Origin: a virus
Strand: one strand, 5' to 3'
Length of the DNA: 64,000 nt
Virus record (IMG/VR): IMGVR_UViG_3300032322_002195
Location: 1 to 64,000 of that record
A program made the translations under genes and the position numbers. Under the pieces are notes generated by a model, which searched no databases, had not been told where the DNA came from, and saw nothing but the letters and a program-made list of their open reading frames with translations. Shown here piece by piece: positions 60,008-64,000 of the stretch; within the stretch, counting starts at the first letter, position 1; the number at the start of each line of letters is the position of its first letter.

Positions 60008-60407
60008 AACTTTCTATTGTTTTATCGTTGTATGTTATTGTTATTAGTTTGGTTGGGGTTGTTGTGTAATATTCATTATCAAACTCAGGAGTATTGCTTT
60101 CATCATATTCCATTCCTGTCTCATAATTGTTTCCGAACCAAAGTTTATACCTTTCTGAATACGTTAAATTTCTTTCTTCAATTTTTAATCCCCAACTTTC
60201 AGAGAATTCTTTATTGGTTTTGATTCGGTAGATGAATTCTTCTTGAGTAAGAATAGTTAATGTTTCAGGATTACTAAACATCATATCAATATGAGGTTGT
60301 GAACCGATAATATCACCACATTCATAACCATCTTTAATCTCAGATGCATTAAGCAAAAAATTATTGTAAACTTCGTGAATAATCTGATTGTATTTATCTT
60401 TATTCAT
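59997..60407 (-). CDS. Protein resembling the ThyA insertion segments
   Basis: LTQEEFIYRIKTNKEFSESWG versus ThyA LSQEEFINKIKTDDEFAKKWG; RNLTYSER...PTKLI versus RELSYEER...PTRAI. Confidence 0.75.
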   Translation of the reverse strand: MNKDKYNQIIHEVYNNFLLNASEIKDGYECGDIIGSQPHIDMMFSNPETLTILTQEEFIYRIKTNKEFSESWGLKIEERNLTYSERYKLWFGNNYETGMEYDESNTPEFDNEYYTTTPTKLITITYNDKTIESYEN

Positions 60408-60419
60408 AGTTTGCTACGG

Positions 60420-60899
60420 TTAATCGTTAGCAGATGTAGGCTCTGGGTTAGACGCTTTGTTGTATTCACCTATCCGAGCTTCAACTTTGTTCAACAAAGA
60501 AGCGTCAATTTTACCAGTTGAAATATAAGAACCAATCAATACGTTCATAGCCTCAAGCATTGTTTTGGTCTTAACTTCAGTTGAAACGCTATCCTCAGCT
60601 GCTTTCAATTCATCAACTTCTTTTAAGATTAAGGCCAAAGAAGCGTCACTTAATTTGTCAAGTTTTTCAAAAATTGTATATTTTTTCTTGATGTGAGCAT
60701 TAAAAACCGACCCGTTGCTATCAGCGGTTTCAAATCTCATGTAATCACTCGATGCAACATCAGGATACTTGTACTGACCACCATTATTGAAGATAACTGT
60801 TAGTTCTTTTGTTGCAGTATCATAAACTGAACCGCAAATAGTAGAAGACGAATACATCGCCTTAATTTTTCCGTTTTTTTCTTGTCTTTTAAGAATCAT
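60420..60899 (-). CDS. KTSC domain protein
   Basis: SSTI...YD...ELTVIFNNGGQYKYPDV...ADSNGSVFNAHIK. Confidence 0.85.
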   Translation of the reverse strand: MILKRQEKNGKIKAMYSSSTICGSVYDTATKELTVIFNNGGQYKYPDVASSDYMRFETADSNGSVFNAHIKKKYTIFEKLDKLSDASLALILKEVDELKAAEDSVSTEVKTKTMLEAMNVLIGSYISTGKIDASLLNKVEARIGEYNKASNPEPTSAND

Positions 60900-60914
60900 T
60901 TTGTTTTAATTTAT

Positions 60915-61139
60915 TTATTGTGCATGTGTTTTGTAAGCTTCAATATCTTTTAATTGAAAAATTTTACCAGTGCTAGTCAACGAACCGTTTATTTCATCAC
61001 GCTCGTCAACCACAACGATAATGTAATCACCAGTTATCATAAGACCACAGTCATTAAAAGTTAACTTTATATTAGATAGATTATTTTTTTGACTTGCCTT
61101 AACAAGCAATTCAACTTTTCCAAATTTTGGGGCTGTCAT
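60915..61139 (-). CDS. Small hypothetical protein
   Basis: 74 aa downstream of a TATCTTTG box (minus strand, 61155-61162). Confidence 0.65.
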   Translation of the reverse strand: MTAPKFGKVELLVKASQKNNLSNIKLTFNDCGLMITGDYIIVVVDERDEINGSLTSTGKIFQLKDIEAYKTHAQ

Positions 61140-61154
61140 TATTTACATTTTATA

Positions 61155-61219
61155 CAAAGATACAAATATTTATTCATACAATCAAGTGTTGTAAGTTTAA
61201 AAATAATTTAGTATATTTG
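61155..61219. promoter_or_regulatory. Divergent Bacteroidota-type -7 promoter boxes
   Basis: TATCTTTG on minus (61155-61162) and TATATTTG on plus (61212-61219). Confidence 0.6.
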
Positions 61220-61234
61220 CCAAAAGCCGAACAG

Positions 61235-63733
61235 ATGAACAGAGATGTATATCCTAAAGTAAAGATTATTATTAACGAATCTATGAAAGAAGCTAAAACC
61301 TTCAATGATTCAAAAGTAAGACCAGAACATTTGGTTTTATCTATCTTAATGGATTATGATAATGAATGTGTTAAAGCGTTAAATTTTTTAAATGTAAATA
61401 CATCAGAATTATATGATAGATTATCTGACCACCTTAAAAGAAGCGATATAAATCCTAGAATAAATGTATATTTAAAAAAAACCATTCCATTTTCAGATGA
61501 AACAAAAGTTATCATAAAATCTTTGGATGAAGAATGTGAAAAATTAAATGACAATATGATTGATACGATTCATATTATGTTGGCCATTTTGATTAAAAAA
61601 AATGAAATAAGTGAAATGTTAAATGAATTTTATGGTGTTACATATGATAGTTTTAAAAATGTTATAAAAAATATGAAAGAAGAATACAACAACGCATATG
61701 AAGGTGACGAAATAAATGATGAGAATGAATCATTCAAAAAGAAACCAAAGCAAAATGATAACAAAAGTAAAACCCCAGTTTTAGATAATTTCTGTAGAGA
61801 CGTATCAAAGGCTGTTGAAAAGGGTGAAATAGACCCAGTTGTTGGGCGTACTGTTGAAATAAAACGTGTTTCACAAATTCTTTCTAGAAGAAAAAAGAAC
61901 AACCCAATTTTGATTGGTGAACCAGGCGTAGGTAAAACCGCTATTGTAGAAGGTCTGGCTCAATTAATAAAAGATGGTAACGCACCTAGAACACTAATTT
62001 ATAAAAGAATTTTTACATTAGATTTGGCTTCATTGGTTGCTGGTACAAAATATCGTGGACAATTTGAAGAGAGGATGAAAGCCGTTTTGGAAGAATGCAA
62101 GGCCAACCCAGATATAATTCTTTTTATTGATGAATTACACACTATTGTTGGTGCTGGAAATGCTTCTGGGTCATTAGACGCTTCAAACATATTCAAACCA
62201 GCTTTAGCACGTGGTGAAATACAAATTATTGGTGCTACCACATTGGATGAATATAGAGAAAATATTGAAAAAGATGGTGCGCTTACCAGACGCTTTCAAC
62301 AAGTATTGGTTGAAGAACCTACATTGGAAGAAACAAAAACCATTCTAATGAACATCAAAGAAAAATATGAGAAACACCATAAAGTAACTTATACTGAAGA
62401 AGCTATTGATGAATGTGTTAAACTATCAGCTAGATATATAATGGATAGGTCTATGCCAGATAAAGCAATTGATGTTTTGGATGAAGCTGGTGCAACAACA
62501 AATGTTGTTTTAGAAAAACCAGAAAAAATTAAAGAATTAGAAATAAAGAAAAATCAAATTTTAGAAAAGAAAAAAGAAGTTGTCTTAAAACAAAAGTATG
62601 AAGAAGCTGCTAAGCTTAGGGATGATGAAAGGAAAACTCTAGACCAACTTCAATTAGCTATGAATGAATGGAATGAGTCTTTAGATAAAAAAACAACTGT
62701 TGTTGGTGTTGAATTAATCTCTGAAGTTGTATCAATGATGACAGGAATTCCTTTAACAAAGATTTCAATTCAAGAAAGCAAAAGATTGATTAATCTAGAT
62801 AAAGAATTAACTGGTAAGATTATAGGTCAAGATGATGCTGTTATTAAAGTAGTTAAAGCAATTAAACGTAATAGAATTGGAATCAAAGATAAAAATAAAC
62901 CTGTTGGAACCTACATTTTCCTTGGTCCCAGCGGGGTTGGTAAAACTTTATTAGCAAAATTGTTGGCTGAACATGTCTATGGGGATTCTGATGCTCTTAT
63001 TAGAATGGATATGTCTGAATATATGGAAAAACATTCTGTTTCTAGAATGGTTGGAGCCCCTCCAGGTTACGTTGGTTATGAACAAGGTGGACAATTAACT
63101 GAAAAAGTTAGAAGAAAACCTCATTGTGTTATTCTATTCGATGAAATTGAAAAAGCACATGAGGACGTATTCAACCTACTTCTTCAACTACTAGATGAAG
63201 GTCACTTGACTGATGGTTTGGGTAGAAAGATTAATTTTAAAAATGCTTTGATAATAATGACATCAAACATCGGTGTTAAAGAAGTAAACTCTTTTGGTAA
63301 AACTTTAGGTTTTGAAACGGCTGCTTCTATTGTCAACGAAGAAAATAAAGCTCGTGATATCATTGAAAAAGCTTTGAAGAAAAAATTTAGACCAGAATTT
63401 TTAAACCGTATTGATGAAGCTATTATTTTCAGGGGTTTAACTGAAGAGGATATTCATAAAATAATTTATCTAGAAGTTGAAAGTTTAGAAAAAAGATTAA
63501 ATGAATTGAATTTTAAACTTAAAATAAGTAACGAAGCTGTTGAATTTTTAGCAAAACAAGGATACGATGAAGCTTATGGTGCTAGACCCTTGGCCAGAGC
63601 AATACAACACTATGTAGAAGACGCTATTGCGGATGAAATACTAAACGAAACAATAAAAGAAGGTGAAACAATTTCAATAGGTTTAGATAAAGAAAAAATA
63701 ACGATAAAATCAATAAAATCAAAAACAAAATAA
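61235..63733 (+). CDS. clpC: ClpC-type AAA+ chaperone/protease ATPase subunit
   Basis: Clp N-repeats; GEPGVGKT and LFIDELH; UVR-like [10 protein letters not shown]; [23 protein letters not shown]; ATG 61235 lies after the promoter box. Confidence 0.92.
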   Translation: MNRDVYPKVKIIINESMKEAKTFNDSKVRPEHLVLSILMDYDNECVKALNFLNVNTSELYDRLSDHLKRSDINPRINVYLKKTIPFSDETKVIIKSLDEECEKLNDNMIDTIHIMLAILIKKNEISEMLNEFYGVTYDSFKNVIKNMKEEYNNAYEGDEINDENESFKKKPKQNDNKSKTPVLDNFCRDVSKAVEKGEIDPVVGRTVEIKRVSQILSRRKKNNPILIGEPGVGKTAIVEGLAQLIKDGNAPRTLIYKRIFTLDLASLVAGTKYRGQFEERMKAVLEECKANPDIILFIDELHTIVGAGNASGSLDASNIFKPALARGEIQIIGATTLDEYRENIEKDGALTRRFQQVLVEEPTLEETKTILMNIKEKYEKHHKVTYTEEAIDECVKLSARYIMDRSMPDKAIDVLDEAGATTNVVLEKPEKIKELEIKKNQILEKKKEVVLKQKYEEAAKLRDDERKTLDQLQLAMNEWNESLDKKTTVVGVELISEVVSMMTGIPLTKISIQESKRLINLDKELTGKIIGQDDAVIKVVKAIKRNRIGIKDKNKPVGTYIFLGPSGVGKTLLAKLLAEHVYGDSDALIRMDMSEYMEKHSVSRMVGAPPGYVGYEQGGQLTEKVRRKPHCVILFDEIEKAHEDVFNLLLQLLDEGHLTDGLGRKINFKNALIIMTSNIGVKEVNSFGKTLGFETAASIVNEENKARDIIEKALKKKFRPEFLNRIDEAIIFRGLTEEDIHKIIYLEVESLEKRLNELNFKLKISNEAVEFLAKQGYDEAYGARPLARAIQHYVEDAIADEILNETIKEGETISIGLDKEKITIKSIKSKTK

Positions 63734-63736
63734 TTA

Positions 63737-63763
63737 AGGGCCAGAATTTTCTGGCTCTTTTTT
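63737..63763 (+). terminator. Intrinsic terminator
   Basis: AGGGCCAGA-ATTT-TCTGGCTCT followed by a T-tract. Confidence 0.75.
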
Positions 63764-63775
63764 ATATTTATTGAT

Positions 63776-64000
63776 ATGATTGAGGATATTCTAAAAGATA
63801 AGTATGGTAATTATTTAGTTGGCTTAGACATCTATGAAAATAGAGGTAGTCTTAGATTGTCTAGAATTATTATAAAACCAGAATATATGGGTAAAGGTAT
63901 TGGTAGCAAAATTATGGAAGATTTGGTAGAGTATGCTGACAATAATAAAAAAATAATCGTTCTGACCCCATCAAGTGATTTTGGCGGTAATAAAAACCGT
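63776..64000 (+). CDS. GNAT acetyltransferase, partial (runs off the right edge)
   Basis: MIEDILKDKYG...LSRIIIKPEYMGKGIGSKIMEDLVEYAD contains the acetyl-CoA-binding motif A. Confidence 0.8.
   Translation, partial: MIEDILKDKYGNYLVGLDIYENRGSLRLSRIIIKPEYMGKGIGSKIMEDLVEYADNNKKIIVLTPSSDFGGNKNR

Noticed and set aside
391-62241. Many short antisense or alternate-frame ORFs in the track (e.g. 391..618, 1168..1425, 46832..47200, 53545..53922)
   Set aside because: They are shadows of longer, motif-supported genes and have no start context or motifs of their own.
1-64000. Stop-codon reassignment as in some large phages
   Set aside because: Core genes are full length and coding density is high in the standard code; TAG terminates genes at 4559 and 36062 immediately before the next start.
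1-64000. CRISPR array, tRNA/rRNA genes, DGR or retron
   Set aside because: No spaced repeats, cloverleafs or reverse transcriptase seen; intergenic gaps are short and the tandem repeats found are in-frame coding repeats.

Overview
AT-rich, densely coding 64-kb segment of a large T4-like (jumbo-type) dsDNA tailed phage read in the standard genetic code. The host is probably Bacteroidota, based on TAnnTTTG promoter boxes and A-rich translation starts without Shine-Dalgarno sequences. Contents in order: two tail-fibre-like genes; small late genes including a stand-alone WYL domain; an intein-containing glycosyltransferase; an HD/dUTPase/IMPDH-GMPR nucleotide module; a ~17-kb glycan biosynthesis block ending in a deleted gmd pseudogene; PhoH with an Ala1 (class 3-type) intein; more glycosyltransferases and a gp55-like sigma factor; baseplate/spike genes; the head module on the minus strand (major capsid, scaffold, prohead protease, portal, terminase); a cluster of modular acidic/basic proteins; thyA, KTSC, ClpC and a partial GNAT. 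Most notable observations: (1) apparent polyproteins of small basic Cys-paired modules bounded by repeated x-x-E sites that resemble prohead-protease cleavage sites; (2) an A10 run plus hairpin at which a -1 frameshift would fuse two of these ORFs; (3) a small ORF made of the segments that occur as insertions in the neighbouring ThyA; (4) a putative late promoter RTATTTATW whose core is the reverse complement of the T4 late promoter; (5) a structured leader whose 5' end is complementary to the 3' UTR of the same transcript. All family assignments are motif recognition by eye, not database searches.
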